From NCBI GenBank assembly GCA_951406725.2, contig OX597823.1:55738001-55802000 (forward strand): 64,000 nt of DNA. Reading direction: 5' to 3'. This DNA is from Octopus vulgaris. Lineage: Eukaryota. The position numbers were made by a program, and so were the translations under genes. Of the stretch, positions 12,895 through 27,024 are shown piece after piece. Below the pieces are notes generated by a model. It was given only the letters and a program-made list of their open reading frames with translations. It had not been told where the DNA came from and searched no databases. The stretch's first letter is position 1; each line of letters opens with the position of its first letter.

Positions 12895-13243
12895 TTATCA
12901 ACATTATTGCAGCGTAGCCATCAACATCATTGTTATCATCATCATCATTGTCATTATCATCACCATTACCATTAACCTCATCCTCCTCCTCATCACCATC
13001 ATCATTATCATCATCTTTATCCTTATCGTGTTCATGATGATGATCATCATCATCATCACCATCATCACCATCATCACCATCACCATCACCGTCATCATCA
13101 TCATCACCATCACCATCATCACCATCACCATCATCATCATCATCACCATCACCATCATCATCATCATCATCATCGTCGTCGTCGTCGTCGTTATCAGTGT
13201 TATCAAAGACTTAAAAACAACACACACACACATACATACACAC

Positions 13244-13294
<51 letters not shown>

Positions 13295-13310
13295 TACACA
13301 CACACACTCC
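12895..13310. repeat. (CAT/CAC)n then (CA)n simple repeats
   Basis: Direct reading. Confidence 0.9.
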
Positions 13311-13428
13311 TACACAACCATTCTTAATCTTCAGCACACACAGATCAGCCACACGCAACTTCATTTTCCTCCTTACTACAGATGTACTGCATCTCCGTCA
13401 GCATCAATAATAATCTTGGGACCATCCT

Positions 13429-13700
13429 TCAATGCAAACATAAGACAGTCTCTTTCAATCGCGTAAGCACACGATCACAAGGAAGTTGTAATAGCTTGGT
13501 CTTTCTAGTCGTAAATAACATCCTGCATACATAGTTATGTGTCGAAGAAGTTCCGTCCTTAACTGCTGAGTTCGAGCTCGCTGAATGGCACCTTGGGCCA
13601 GTAGGATTTATTTTCTTTTGGCTGTAGCTTCGGGAAACCAACATTTTTGTGTGAACAGAATTTGTTAGACAACTGTGTGAGAGTTCGTCAAATGTATACA
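13429..13700 (-). CDS. Candidate exon of an unknown gene (may be non-coding)
   Basis: Unique, higher-complexity island. Acceptor TTCTTTGTTAG| is followed by a 90-codon open frame (YTFDELSHSC...CLH*). No homology recognised. Confidence 0.22.
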
Positions 13701-14320
13701 CTAACAAAGAATAGCGTAGGTATATGGATGTGTATGTGTGTATCTGTGTGTCTGTGTGTGCATGTGTATTCGTGTGTGTGTGTGTGAGGGTATTTGTGTA
13801 ACTGTATGTGTGCAGTGCCTATTAGAAAACGTAAGATGGTTTAACTGCAATCTTTTAAACCTTTCGCAGTGGAAATTGAAACAGCTGTAAATGCATCCTG
13901 TTACGCTCTTCCTAAACAAAACAATAAAGGAGAATGATTTGACATGCTTCGGAGTTTGTTACTTTATTCCTCTACTCACTTATTCCCCCTTATTCCTCTG
14001 CTCACGAACAAAACTTATCAAATCACTATTTAAACCAATCACAAACCAAACTTAACTGTAAGGTTACACTAATCTTCATACGTGCACCTGTGGGCGACGC
14101 GATGAAATGATAGATGTTTTTGTACAATACAACGTGAATTAGAAAACCTATAATAAATTTCAAGCAGCTAAACTATAGGCGCAGGCGTGGCTTCCTAACC
14201 ACGTCCCAGGTTCAGTACCACTGCGTGACAACTTGGGCAGGTGTCTCCTACTATAGCTTCGAGCCGACCAAAGCCTTGTGAGTGGATTCGGTAGGCGGAA
14301 ACTGAAAGGACCCTGTCGTG

Positions 14321-14355
<35 letters not shown>

Positions 14356-14689
14356 CTTTGTGTCTGTGTTTGTTACCTCATCACCACTTGACAATCGGTG
14401 TTGGTGTGTTTATGTCCCCATAACTTAGCAGTTCGGCAAAAGACACCGATAGAATAAGTACTTGGCTTAAGAACATGTTCTGGGGTCCATTTGTTTGACT
14501 AAACCCCTTCAAAGTCGTGCCTCAGCATGGCTGCAGTCAAATGACTGAAACAAGTAAAAGAATATAGTTTCGAAGCTGTTCATTACGGAACTCTGAATAG
14601 ATATATATATTAACCTGGTATCCATTTTATACGTACGCCGCCATCTTATAATATTGAACAGGGAACATTCTATAATGTACTCCAAAATA

Positions 14690-15010
14690 GTTCTAAATGA
14701 CGTGATGCTACCGCCTGAAGCACCTTTGATCATAGGTCCGTTCAGTCATATTTCACTGGTGTTGAACAAGAAGAACAAAAACAAGAATATAGGGCTCTTT
14801 CATCAGACAACGAAAAACCCCTATGTAGTCGCTTGACCTGCTCGTAACAACAGCCAAATCTTTCAACGAACGACACCCTAATGGCTTAAGAAAAATAAAA
14901 GAAGAAACAAGTAAGCTAATGTAGCCGGAGAGTAAAAAATGATGTGGTGGTCACGGCTAGAAACACTTTGCTCTTACGTCTGCTCTAAGGAGACTGGTAT
15001 GAAGTGCAAC
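14690..15010. repeat. Unclassified dispersed repeat, family D
   Basis: Motif resembling CTAGAAATAGCAGCCAAATCT..TCAAATCACACC and CCTTTGATCATAGGTC recurs at ~4255-4330 (inverted), 23000-23175, 31495-31630, 35160-35330, 51035-51110. Confidence 0.6.
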
Positions 15011-15325
15011 AACATCAGCAGTAGCAGCAGCAGCATCACCACTAACAACAACAAGTATCATTGACCTCATGCAAAAATATATCTATTCTACAGAAACCAC
15101 AACGGCAACAATAAGGATAAGTGCACTCAGAGCAACAACAATCAATTACAACAGGAGCGAAAATCCATATACATAATTAATTTGAAGGTGTGAGATTATA
15201 GAACTGCAATTAAATAGATTTAATTATGAAATTTCATTGTAAGCAAAACAATGTATTGGTTTTACGTACACACACATGCACACACTCAAATGCATATACA
15301 TACATACATACATACATATATATAT

Positions 15326-15371
<46 letters not shown>

Positions 15372-15374
15372 ATG

Positions 15375-15839
<465 letters not shown>

Positions 15840-15849
15840 GGTGGGTGTA

Positions 15850-16063
15850 CGATAGGGTGCTGAAAGGTTCTTGACTTTGGATAAGAGAAAATACAGGAGG
15901 ATTACTTAATTATAATTCCATTCAACATATTCCTCCCTCAGATTCACATACTTAGTACGGCAGTCCTTTAGTTTTTCAAAGCCATATAAAAGAACTCGAA
16001 AGATTGGGCCACCAAGCAGGCTTTCGTGATACCCGTAAAGCCAGGAATTTTCAGCACCTTTCC
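15850..16063. mobile_element. Mariner-derived MITE
   Basis: TIRs GGTGCTGAAA(G)GTTC.TG.CTTT / AAAGCCAGGAA.TTTTCAGCACC with TA flanks. The interior encodes a mariner-type C-terminus (K.VNLRGEYVE*). Copies at 22006-22201 and 25629-25804 (partial). Confidence 0.8.
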
Positions 16064-16187
16064 TATATGTGTGCATGCATGTATGTATGTATTGATAGAT
16101 GGATGGATGGATGGATGGATGGATACAAACATATATTTACATATATATTGCACACGCATACACACATGCATATATATATATATATAC

Positions 16188-16420
16188 AGGGAAAGTTTAC
16201 GAAAATAAACAAAAGACGAAGGCAGGTGGAGGAATAGAAAAAGTCTTTTACGTTTCGAGCCTACGCTCTTGGACAGAAAGATACACAGAAAAAAAACAAG
16301 GAGAGAAAAAAATGCGTGTAGTAGCTAACGATCTATCATGGCGTCTTGACTTTGGACAATGGTCAGACGCGAGAGGGACAGTAGGGGAGATAACAGGGTC
16401 AAGTGACTTCCAATACGAAG
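16188..16420 (-). mobile_element. PLE pLTR-like cassette (same family as 33520-33742), degenerate HHR
   Basis: Reverse complement matches 33540-33700; GAGC-GUAG-GCUC-GAAACGUA at 16244-16281. Begins right after a (TA)n run. Confidence 0.7.
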
Positions 16421-16428
16421 GTGCCCCC

Positions 16429-16516
<88 letters not shown>

Positions 16517-17354
16517 CACACACATAAATGTAATGTATGCTGGAGTCTGCACACACACACACAGATACACATATACACACACATACACATGTACATGTGT
16601 CTGGTCGTATATATTTGTGCATACAAATACAAAAAATACATACATATATATATTCTCGTTTCTTTAATTTACATACACGTAAAGTCATAGCACCTATCAC
16701 TTGTTGATTCGTTGTGCACTGTCAATGACTCAATACCTCGTTTTGATAAACTAAGATTATGCAACCTAGCTTCAGATGATATCATGATATTGCAAGAACA
16801 GCATTATTGTTATTATTATAAAGGAAAAATCAGTTTGCGTTAATGAATTCGCAACGAATCTATACATAAAGAAGTCTCACCATGAAAACAAACACAGGAG
16901 GTGTGCTAGTGAACCGTTACACATCTTAGGTCTTTATTTTCCTTATTTGGTCAATTTCCCGTTATCGTGTTTTCCACGATATGATTGTGTTGGTGCGTAT
17001 TTCAATGTAAGATCAACTGGCGTAGAGAACTGCGAAAAAAAATAAACTTTCCTCCATTGTGGTCTGTGGTTATAATGCGGAGGGAGCTTCAGTATTTATG
17101 ATAAATTTACCCCGTCTTTGATGAGTGGGCAGCGCTCCTCTAGCTTGGCGGAATATACGTTACTGATATAAATATACACATATACCCAAACGCGGATACG
17201 TACATACATACGCACGCACGCACACGCACACACACACACATACACACACACACACACACACTTATCCCAATACACGTGGACTGTTGGCGATTTTCCTCCT
17301 TCTTCCTCTTATTTTGACTGTCCTGCCTTTTTTATACGTTTTTTTTGTCAACTT

Positions 17355-17397
<43 letters not shown>

Positions 17398-17411
17398 GTA
17401 TATATATATAT

Positions 17412-17534
<123 letters not shown>

Positions 17535-18602
17535 TACATACATAGATATACACGAATGCATGCATATACATATGTGCATACACAGACACATACACATACA
17601 TACACACACACACACAATATATATATATATATATACATGGTATATACATATGCATATTTTATATATTATATATATTAAAGTGGGTATTAGCGATTTGAAA
17701 ACTAAAAGGCGCAAGCACAAACGACACTAAAGTGACTAAGGGTGCAAATCAGGAAAATTTTGCTAGAAATAAGAGTCAAAATAAGTCTAAGTCACGAACA
17801 AAGCACTTATCCATTGACTAATGAGGGAGAGCAACCGCTGTACTGCAAGCGAGGAGTGTTAGATCATCAAGGATTTCAGATTGAATTAATCCTCATCAGT
17901 GATACTATATATATATATATATATATATATTTCTTTATTACCCACAAGGGGCTAAACATAGAGGGGACAAACAAGGACAGACAAAGGAATTAAATCGATT
18001 ACATCTACCCCAGTACGTAACTGGTACTTAATTTATCGATCCCGAAAGGATGAAAGGCAAAGTCGACCTCGGCGGGCTTTGAACTCAGAACGTAACGGCA
18101 GACGAAATACGGCTACGCGTTTCGCCCGGCGTGCTAACGTTTCTGCCAGCTCGCCGCCTTTCCCAGTGACACTGTGTGTGTGTGTGTGAGTATGTGTGTG
18201 TGTATGTGTGTGTGTGTGTGTGTGTATACATGGCATCCGCTGGGTCATATATTTATAGTAAAGCTGAGTGCTAGCACTAATCATGCTTTCTCGTACATAG
18301 CGTATCGAAATTTCCTATTCGCATTATCTGTCGCTGGGGAATAGTACTGTAACCACCGAATTATTTATTACCTATAATTAGTCGATAAGCTATTTTATAA
18401 GTTACACTTCGATTTAGATCAGCTGAGATATTCTGCTGATTTCATGTGAGCTTATTATCTGATAGATTATGGGCCTAATGGATTGATTAATTATAGGTTA
18501 ATTGAAACAAAAAACGTTCATTTTACTACGTATATCCCGCACAGTACGAACGGTTTTGTGTTCTAATCCTGCGTGACCGATAGCTATATATTTATCGGCT
18601 AG

Positions 18603-18856
18603 AGTGCTTCTCAACTATGTTCTTCCCTATGGACCCCTTTCATTCCTATTTTACTCGGTTGGACTTCCTTTCCGATAACCATTCGATGTTTAAGTCATAT
18701 TATATTTTTGTAATTAAATGTTATTAGGGATAGTGAAAAAAAATCAAAATATTTTCTGTATTGTAGAAGTGCAGCCAATTTATTGCAAATGAATCTTAAC
18801 AACATAATCTCACATGAACCCCTAAGGGCCTTCAGGACTCCGGTTGAAAACCACTA
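18603..18856. mobile_element. hAT (Charlie-like) MITE
   Basis: TIR-like ends (A)GTGCTTCTCAAC / GTTGAAAACCACT; 8-bp GGCTAGAG at both 18597-18604 and 18857-18864 (TSD). Confidence 0.7.
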
Positions 18857-19486
18857 GGCTAGAGTGAGATTCGTACTTTGGTCTACCTGATGAAATGAAA
18901 TCTCTAAGAAGCATACATTTGTTGCCAGAGAGAATTGTACAACCCTGAGAATAATACTTATCAGATTTTTCTTTCATATTGTGTATCGAAATTTCCTTTC
19001 TGTTTTAGTTCTCGCAAGGGACTAACAGAGCAACGGGTTACAAAATTATTGAATTATCTATAATTAGTACAGAGCTCTTTTGTGAGATGAGCTGAGATGT
19101 ACTCTAATGAGTTCATGTGAGTCTTATTAACACGTGTGTGTGTGTGTGTGTACGTGAATAAATGTGTGCGTATATATATATATATATATATATATAAGGT
19201 TAATCCAAACGGGAAAACAGAAAAAACAACACGTGGAACAATTACAGTATTATTATTATTAGGCGCTCAGGAAAATGGAAGAAGGAGGGTATATATATAT
19301 ACGTCTGTATATACGCACACACGCATCCATCCATCCATATATGTGTGTGAGTGTGTGTGTATTTTTATATACAAAACACATAGATACATAAATACATAAA
19401 TACATGCATTTATAAATATATATATTCATGTAGACAGACAGACAGACCGACAGACAGATAGATAAATAGATAGATAGATAGATAGC

Positions 19487-19572
<86 letters not shown>

Positions 19573-19599
19573 TACACACGCACATGAAGCACACATACT

Positions 19600-21560
19600 A
19601 CCCACCCTATGACGGATGGCAACTATAATTATCAACATGGCAACAACCACACCAACCACAGTCTTCTTTAACACAACCCGAGCCACTTCATTAAGTGCAT
19701 CTGCAACAATAATCACCGCAATAATAAATACCACAAGAATCATGTATGTAAGCAAAGATAACCAATAGAAACTCGGTCACCACCAATATATAACAACGAA
19801 AGCCATAATCCTTTCTGCTATGGGCACACGGCGCGAAATTTTGTTGGGGAAGAGTGGCTAGTGAATTACATCGACTCAAGTGCTCGACTGGTACTTGTTT
19901 GTTCGACTTCGAAAGGGTAAAAGGAAATGTCGACTTCAGCAGAATTTGAACTCAGAACGTAAAGCTGGAAGAAATGTTGCTAAGCTTTTTTTTATCCGGC
20001 GGTCAAACAATTTTGCCAGCTCACCATCTTTACACCTAAAATCATATTCTTTTCTGCTATAGACATAAATCCTGAAATTTTTTAAGGGAGAAAGTAATCG
20101 CTTACATTGACCTCAGTGCTTAAGTGGTACTTGTTTTATCGACTCTGAAAGGCTGAAAAGCAAAGTCGACTTCAATGGGATTTGAACTCAGAAAGTAAAG
20201 ACGAACGAAGTTGCACTAAGTATTTTGCTCAGTTCTAACGGTTCTACCGGCTCGCTACCTTAACACCTAAAAATCAAAAGAACCGCAATTTAATTCTCCA
20301 AATGATAGTCTTGATGAAACTTAAACTATTGTTACCACCACTACGCGCATAAATATTACAACTATTCTTAGTCTCTACACCAAGCTTAGCCAGCATATAT
20401 ATGAACACTAAAGCTACAAGAATCATCGAAATTATCAGGAACAAACTCTAATAACCAGAGTCTTAACCATAGTCTCTACAACTGACATGATTATCATAAC
20501 CACCACACACAAAACCATTATAACTATTAAAACCGCACCTCGGTCTTAACTAACAGAAATATTGAAACTAAAGCCACCAGAATCATCGTATTTATCACAA
20601 ACAACCACTTCAACAACCAGTGTTTTAACCATACTTCAATCATAACCACTAGCACTCTGTCGGTTACGACTATAAGGGTTCCAGTTGATCCGATCAACAG
20701 AACGCCCTGCTCGTGAAATTAACATGCATTTGGCTGGGCACTCACAAACACGTGTACCCTTAACGTAGTTCTCAGGGAGATTCAGTATGACATATGGCCC
20801 TTTTAATTACAGGTACTGCTCGTTTCTTTGCCAGCTGATTAGACTGGAGCAACGTGAAATAAAGTGTCTTGCTCAAGAACACGACGCATCACCGGGAATT
20901 GAACTCACGGCCTTACGATCGTTATCCTAACCACTAAGCCACGCGCTCTCACTGTTACGATCATCGTAATCATCATAACCAGCGCACATACGCAGAACCA
21001 TTTAACTAATGCTCTGGTCTTCACTAATACAAATACGACCATTACTGCTACCAGAATGATCATAATTATCGCAGATAATCACAATGACAACAAGAATCTT
21101 AATCATCCTGTTTATAATTATCATAGTTATCATAAGCATAGCACGTGAAATCTTTAATACTATTCTAACCATCCAATCTGAACTAAAACAAATACGACCA
21201 TTAAAGCGACTAGTATCGTCGTAATTACTACAAACAACCACTACAACTAAAAGAGTCTTAACTATATACTCTGTATCCATTACAACTATCATTGTTAATA
21301 TAAACACTGCACGCACAAGCATTAAAACTACTACACCCCCTACCCACCCAATCTCAGTTAAGACAAATGCGGCCACTAAAGTCACAAAAAAAAAAGCGTC
21401 ATAAGTATCACAAGCAATCAATACAGCAACTAGTCTTCACTATAACTTCTAATATCACTGCAATCCTCATAATTATTATAACTGTCACTAATATCAATAT
21501 GAACTCTAAAGCCACCAGAAACACCATAATTATCAGAAACAAACACTTTAACTACCATAT
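19600..21560. repeat. Ancient diverged tandem repeat (~160-190 bp units), interrupted by SINEs
   Basis: A motif like AAAGCCACCAGAATCATCGTAATTATCA..AACAA..AC..CAAC.AG.GTCTTAACCATA recurs near 20410, 20570, 21050, 21210, 21378, 21508, and weakly 19730. Confidence 0.6.
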
Positions 21561-21953
21561 CCTATTTGTAGAGGTGCGTGGCTTAGTGGTGAGAGTGTTG
21601 GACTCATGATCGTAAGATTGTGGTTTCAATTCCTGGACCGGGCGACGATTTGTGTTCTTGAACAAAACACCTCATTTCATCTTGCTCCAGTCCACTCAGC
21701 TGGCAAAAATGAGTAATTCTGCGACAAACCAGCGTCCCGTCCAGGTAGGGAAACCGGCCCCTATGAGTCGGCATAACTCGATAAGATAACTTTACCTCAT
21801 CTTTGTATCCTATTAGTTATTAATTAACTACAAACAAATTCCGCAGAGGTCAGCTTTGCGTTTCATATTTTCGGGGTCGATAAAATAACTACCAGTTGAA
21901 CACTAGGATCGATGTAATTGACTTAACCCCACCCTTTGAAACCATTAATTAAT

Positions 21954-21985
<32 letters not shown>

Positions 21986-22239
21986 ATAGCCACAGGTATT
22001 GAATATACGAAGGCATGCTGATAGTTCTTGGCTTTGGGTAAAAGAAAATGTAGAAGGATCAGTTAATTCTCAGAGTTCCACACTTATTGCAACGGTCCTT
22101 CGGTTTTTCTAAGCCCTTTAAAACAACGCGGAAAGTTGGGCCTGCAATCAGGGCTTTCGCGACACCCTTAGAACCAGGAACTTTTCAGCACCCATCTGGT
22201 ATGTAACCAGACCCTCAACAACCACAAAACAACAGATGC

Positions 22240-22860
22240 ACCACCCCACCACCATGATTAATACTACGGCTAGTATCACGAGAACATTGCTCCTACTATT
22301 TCGAGCACTGTCACCACTACATCACCAACAACATCGCATTACCGCTATCATAACAACATCATTGATACAACTATTGCCTCCTCTATTATCGCCACCACCA
22401 TCACCACTGGCAATATTTACTAATTACTACCACCACTACCACCGTAACAGCAACATCACCATTACCACTATCGCCACCACTTCCAGCACCAGCACCACCA
22501 CCACCACCACCACCACTTCCACCATCAGCACAACCACCGCCGCCATCTCCACAACAATCACTACCATCACCACCACCACCAGCATCACGACCATCGTCAC
22601 CACCCCTACCCCCCACCACCATCACAACCATCACCAATAGCACCATCAACATCACAACCACCACAACAGTGACAACATTGCTTAATTACTAGCAGCGCTA
22701 CAAACATCGCAATAGCATCACCATTACAACTACTACCCACACCACCACGGTAACAACACTGTCACCACAGCCTCCACTACAAACGCATCAACAATATCTC
22801 CACTACTACCACCACCACCACCACACCACCACCACCATCACAACGACAACAACAACCTGT
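22240..22860. repeat. Decayed (CAC/CAT)n low-complexity tract
   Basis: Direct reading. Confidence 0.85.
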
Positions 22861-23205
22861 GCTATATATGCTTGTACGTAACAGCGATTGTAAAGCTACA
22901 TCTCAGAGTAGTTGCTTTCACATTCCCAAACATTTGTATTACACCAATATTTTCCACCGCCGCCGCCACAACAACCATCACCGAGAGACAACGAGAGAGT
23001 ATCTGCGTAGCCGGTCGGCGTGCCAGAAATAGAAGCCAAATCTCCTTCAAAATCACACCTCATCGTCATGAGGTGTGATTCAAGCTCAACAACAGACCAG
23101 TGGCTATCGTTGACCTGAATCGCCTTCATATAAGAAACAGGGTGAACGATTGCAGTTGGAATGTTTTCGGTTATAAATCCTTCCCCACACCACACACACT
23201 TTATC

Positions 23206-23247
<42 letters not shown>

Positions 23248-23622
23248 GTTTAAATATTTGTTGTGCAAGATTTTTTATGTGAAGTCGTGTGTTGAAACAG
23301 ATATTGTTGTATTTAGGAATGGTCATTTTGCCAGTTTAGCCAATAAAAACACACGCACTATATATTTGGTGTTACTTTGCTTCAGTGTTATTTATTTTTT
23401 ACATTAATCTTAATCTTATTTCGGCCAGAGTTCTTTCGTCACACTCCTGTGACCGCATCAGTGGTCCTTTGTTTTCTTCTTACTTATGTGTGTCTCTCCT
23501 TACTAACCGTCAGAACTCTGGCCGATTAATGTAAAAAATAAATAACACTGAAGCAAAGTAACACCAAATATATAGTGCGTGTGTTTTTATTGGCTAAACT
23601 GGCAAAATGACCATTCCTAAAT

Positions 23623-23632
<10 letters not shown>
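23248..23632 (-). mobile_element. Non-coding fold-back PLE cassette (3' pLTR + tail, inverted 5' copy) in (TA)n
   Basis: Arms 23301-23434 and 23512-23632 are near-perfect reverse complements; unpaired tail 23248-23300. HHR-like motif at 23423-23467(-): GGACCA-CUGAUGCG-GUCACA-GGAG-UGUGAC-GAAA-GAAC-UC-UGGCC. Confidence 0.8.
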
Positions 23633-23678
<46 letters not shown>

Positions 23679-23880
23679 TTATTATTATGTTAAACTGCCG
23701 TGTGTCCAAATTTGTCCAAATAGCCTGCTCTTTTGGTCAAACTGTCGTATCTCCAACTGCTTCAGATACCAAGATATCAAAAATTGCCAAAGTGTAGTAC
23801 AGCGGTGAAACTATTCTTTCGTTTTCTGAAAAAGCAACGTTTTTGACATACGACACTTTTGCATACTAGCAACGATATAA

Positions 23881-23926
<46 letters not shown>

Positions 23927-23941
23927 ATCTATGTATCTATC

Positions 23942-24022
<81 letters not shown>

Positions 24023-24303
24023 AAGACAGATAGATATATAGATAGATAGATATACTTTCGTAGTTGTACAATTCAGTTTCATTTAAAGTTTGCCGTAGAT
24101 GAGCCTACACGTTGTTAAATAACTTCCCTTTGAAATTCTCCCTGAGGATATACCTAATTCACTGGTTTCCAATGTGGAATTTTGTTTTTGATATTAAAGA
24201 ATTGTGTATCGATAAAGCTGTAGGTAAGAATTTCTATGTATGAGTTTGAATGTCTTTAAATAAAACATCTGTACGTAAACTTTTATCCATTTTCTTCGTT
24301 TTC

Positions 24304-24353
<50 letters not shown>

Positions 24354-24402
24354 GTATGTATGCATGTATGTATGCATGTATGTATGTATGTATGTATGTT
24401 TT

Positions 24403-24434
<32 letters not shown>

Positions 24435-24442
24435 TGTATGTA

Positions 24443-24497
<55 letters not shown>

Positions 24498-24717
24498 GTA
24501 CATATATTTGTATATATAACTGTATGTGTGAATGGGAAAATATAAAAAAGGGCACTCAAGACATTTAATTGGAGTTACATGTATTATTCAAGACAGTTTG
24601 ATTCAGTTCTGCGCCATTTTAAATGATATATATATACTTTGTTTAACAGTTTAACATAATAATAACGGTTTAACAGTTTAACATAATAATAAACGGCAGT
24701 TTAACATAATAATAACG

Positions 24718-24776
<59 letters not shown>

Positions 24777-25061
24777 TATTTAGGAATCGTCATTTTGCAC
24801 CCTAAAGCATAGAGCACTAATGTATTTATAAGAAGTTAAGTCTATGTCCGGTCATCTACAAAGGGCTTAGCCCTGTGAACATTTCTTCAGACTCTAAAGC
24901 CGAAAACAAATCTAACTCTTCCCCTCTGGAAGGCAGGATTTCGGTAGGGTCACTTGGTCAGTAAGTCACCAAAGAATAAATAGCCTCTTCCTCTCTCTCG
25001 CTCTCTCTCTCCCTACATATAAATGTGCGTGCGTGTGTATGTGTACGTAAATGTATTTATG

Positions 25062-25123
<62 letters not shown>

Positions 25124-25144
25124 TATATATATATATATATATAG

Positions 25145-25628
25145 ATAAGAAAGTTGGTTTGTGAAAGTACGTGGTTGAATATATAGAAAATAGTAAAAAG
25201 TGAAAAAACTACAGAAGGCTTAAATGTTAAAAAATATATATTTGCGTCAATATGTCTGAAGAATATTAAAAAATTTTTGAAGAATATTAAAAAAAAATTT
25301 TTGTCTTATAATGACATAATTTAGAAGAAAGACCGGTTTCGCGTTTAGCTTTTCAAATTTCTTGCGACGTTATGTTTATGTTAAACAGGGTTATCGTTAT
25401 GTTTATGTTTAAAAGTGTTCTAAAAATAAGGGGAGGTAATAGGGGAGGTAATTCATTACCTCCCCTTATTTAGAACTCTTTTGAACATAAACATAACGAT
25501 AACCCTGTTTAACATAAACATAACGTCGCAAGAAATTTGAAAAGCTAAACGCGATACCGGTCTTTCTTCTAAATTATGTCATTATAAGAGAAAAAAATTT
25601 TTTTAATATTCTTCAAATATTCTTCAAA
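25145..25628 (-). mobile_element. Non-coding fold-back PLE cassette with U3-A8 HHR motif
   Basis: About 25275-25440 mirrored at about 25455-25616. HHR at 25325-25363(-): AAGAAA-U-UUGAAAA-GC-UAAAC-GC-GAAA-CCGG-UC-UUUCUU. The mirrored copy has GAUA in place of GAAA. Confidence 0.8.
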
Positions 25629-25800
25629 TGAAGGTAGATCAGTTACTTATAATTTTATTGAATGTATTCCCCTCTCAGATTCTCACACTTATTGCAGCGG
25701 TCCTTCAGTTTTTCTAAGACCTGTAAAAGAACTCGGAAAGTTGGGCCTCCTGTCAGGCCTTTCGCAATACCCTTAAAGCGAAGAACGTTTTAACATCCTT

Positions 25801-25884
<84 letters not shown>

Positions 25885-25886
<2 letters not shown>

Positions 25887-26970
25887 TCAATAAATGGTGG
25901 GGTTGTGTTGACCGCACGTGGAGAAATGATAAGTAAGGAAAAATTTTTTTAAAAATGCAGAATGCTCAAATGAAAGAAATTTTAATAAAATGAGAAAATG
26001 ATAAAATATATAAATATATATTTATTCAACCGGTTTTCGTCATTGTATGACTTGTCAAGAATATTTATGTTTTAAGAAGTTTTTTTAAAAATTAGAAAGG
26101 GGAAAAAAAGAAAATTGCATTGTTTTTTGTAAAAGAATAATGATAAAAATGTACAAAAATTGAAAAATAAGTTCTCCGATACATTGTGAGTTCGTTGTGT
26201 ATCTTGAGTTTTATGGTTGTTTACGAAAAAATTACCTTGAGGTGTTAAGATCCAAAGGGATTAAGAGCATGTGATGTGTTGTGTTGTTAAATTCAGCATG
26301 TTGCAGGACAGGAAGTAGTAGTAATTGTGGTCCTGGTTCTTCAGTTCCTGTGTTGTGAGTAAGGGGAGACAACTCTTTTGAGTTCTTCAATAAAACCCAA
26401 ATTATAAAACTATCATTTTAGCTTCATTTGCATTATCTTTTTTATATAATTGCTTGTTAACTTAACTTTCAGATTTTAACACTTTATTTATATTATTTTC
26501 TAATAATATAAATCTGCATAGACAATAGTTGTCTCTTACTCACAACACAGGAACTGAAGAACCAGGACCACAATTACTACTACTTCCTGTCCTGCAACAT
26601 GCTTAATTTAACAACACAACACATCACATGCTCTTAATCCCTTTGGATCTTAACACCTCAAGGTCATTTTTTGGTAAACAACCATAAAACTCAAGATACA
26701 CAACGAACTCACAATGTATCGGAGAACTTATTTTTCAATTTTTGTACATTTTTATCATTATTCTTTTACAAAAAACAATGCAATTTTCTTTTTTTCCCCT
26801 TTCTAATTTAAAAAAAAAAAAAAACTTCTTAAAACATAAATATTCTTGACAAGTCATACAATGACGAAAACCGGTTGAATAAATATATATTTATATATTT
26901 TATCATTTTCTCATTTTATTAAAATTTTCTTTCATTTGAGCATTCTGCATTTTTAAAAAATTTTTCCTTA

Positions 26971-26974
<4 letters not shown>
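25885..26974 (-). mobile_element. Large non-coding fold-back PLE cassette (~440-bp arms) in (TA)n
   Basis: About 25931-26374 and 26527-26974 are near-identical inverted copies; tail 25885-25930. HHR-like UAUUC-UUGACAA-GUCA-UACAA-UGAC-GAAAACCGGUU-GAAUA at 26023-26063(-) and 26841-26881(+). Confidence 0.85.

Positions 26975-27024
<50 letters not shown>

Noticed and set aside
23512-23520. Idea that inverted copies always start at the HHR cleavage site
   Set aside because: Roughly true at 23512 and 33814, but the inversions at 25455, 26527 and 59973 extend past the HHR and the one at 9925 stops well short of it.
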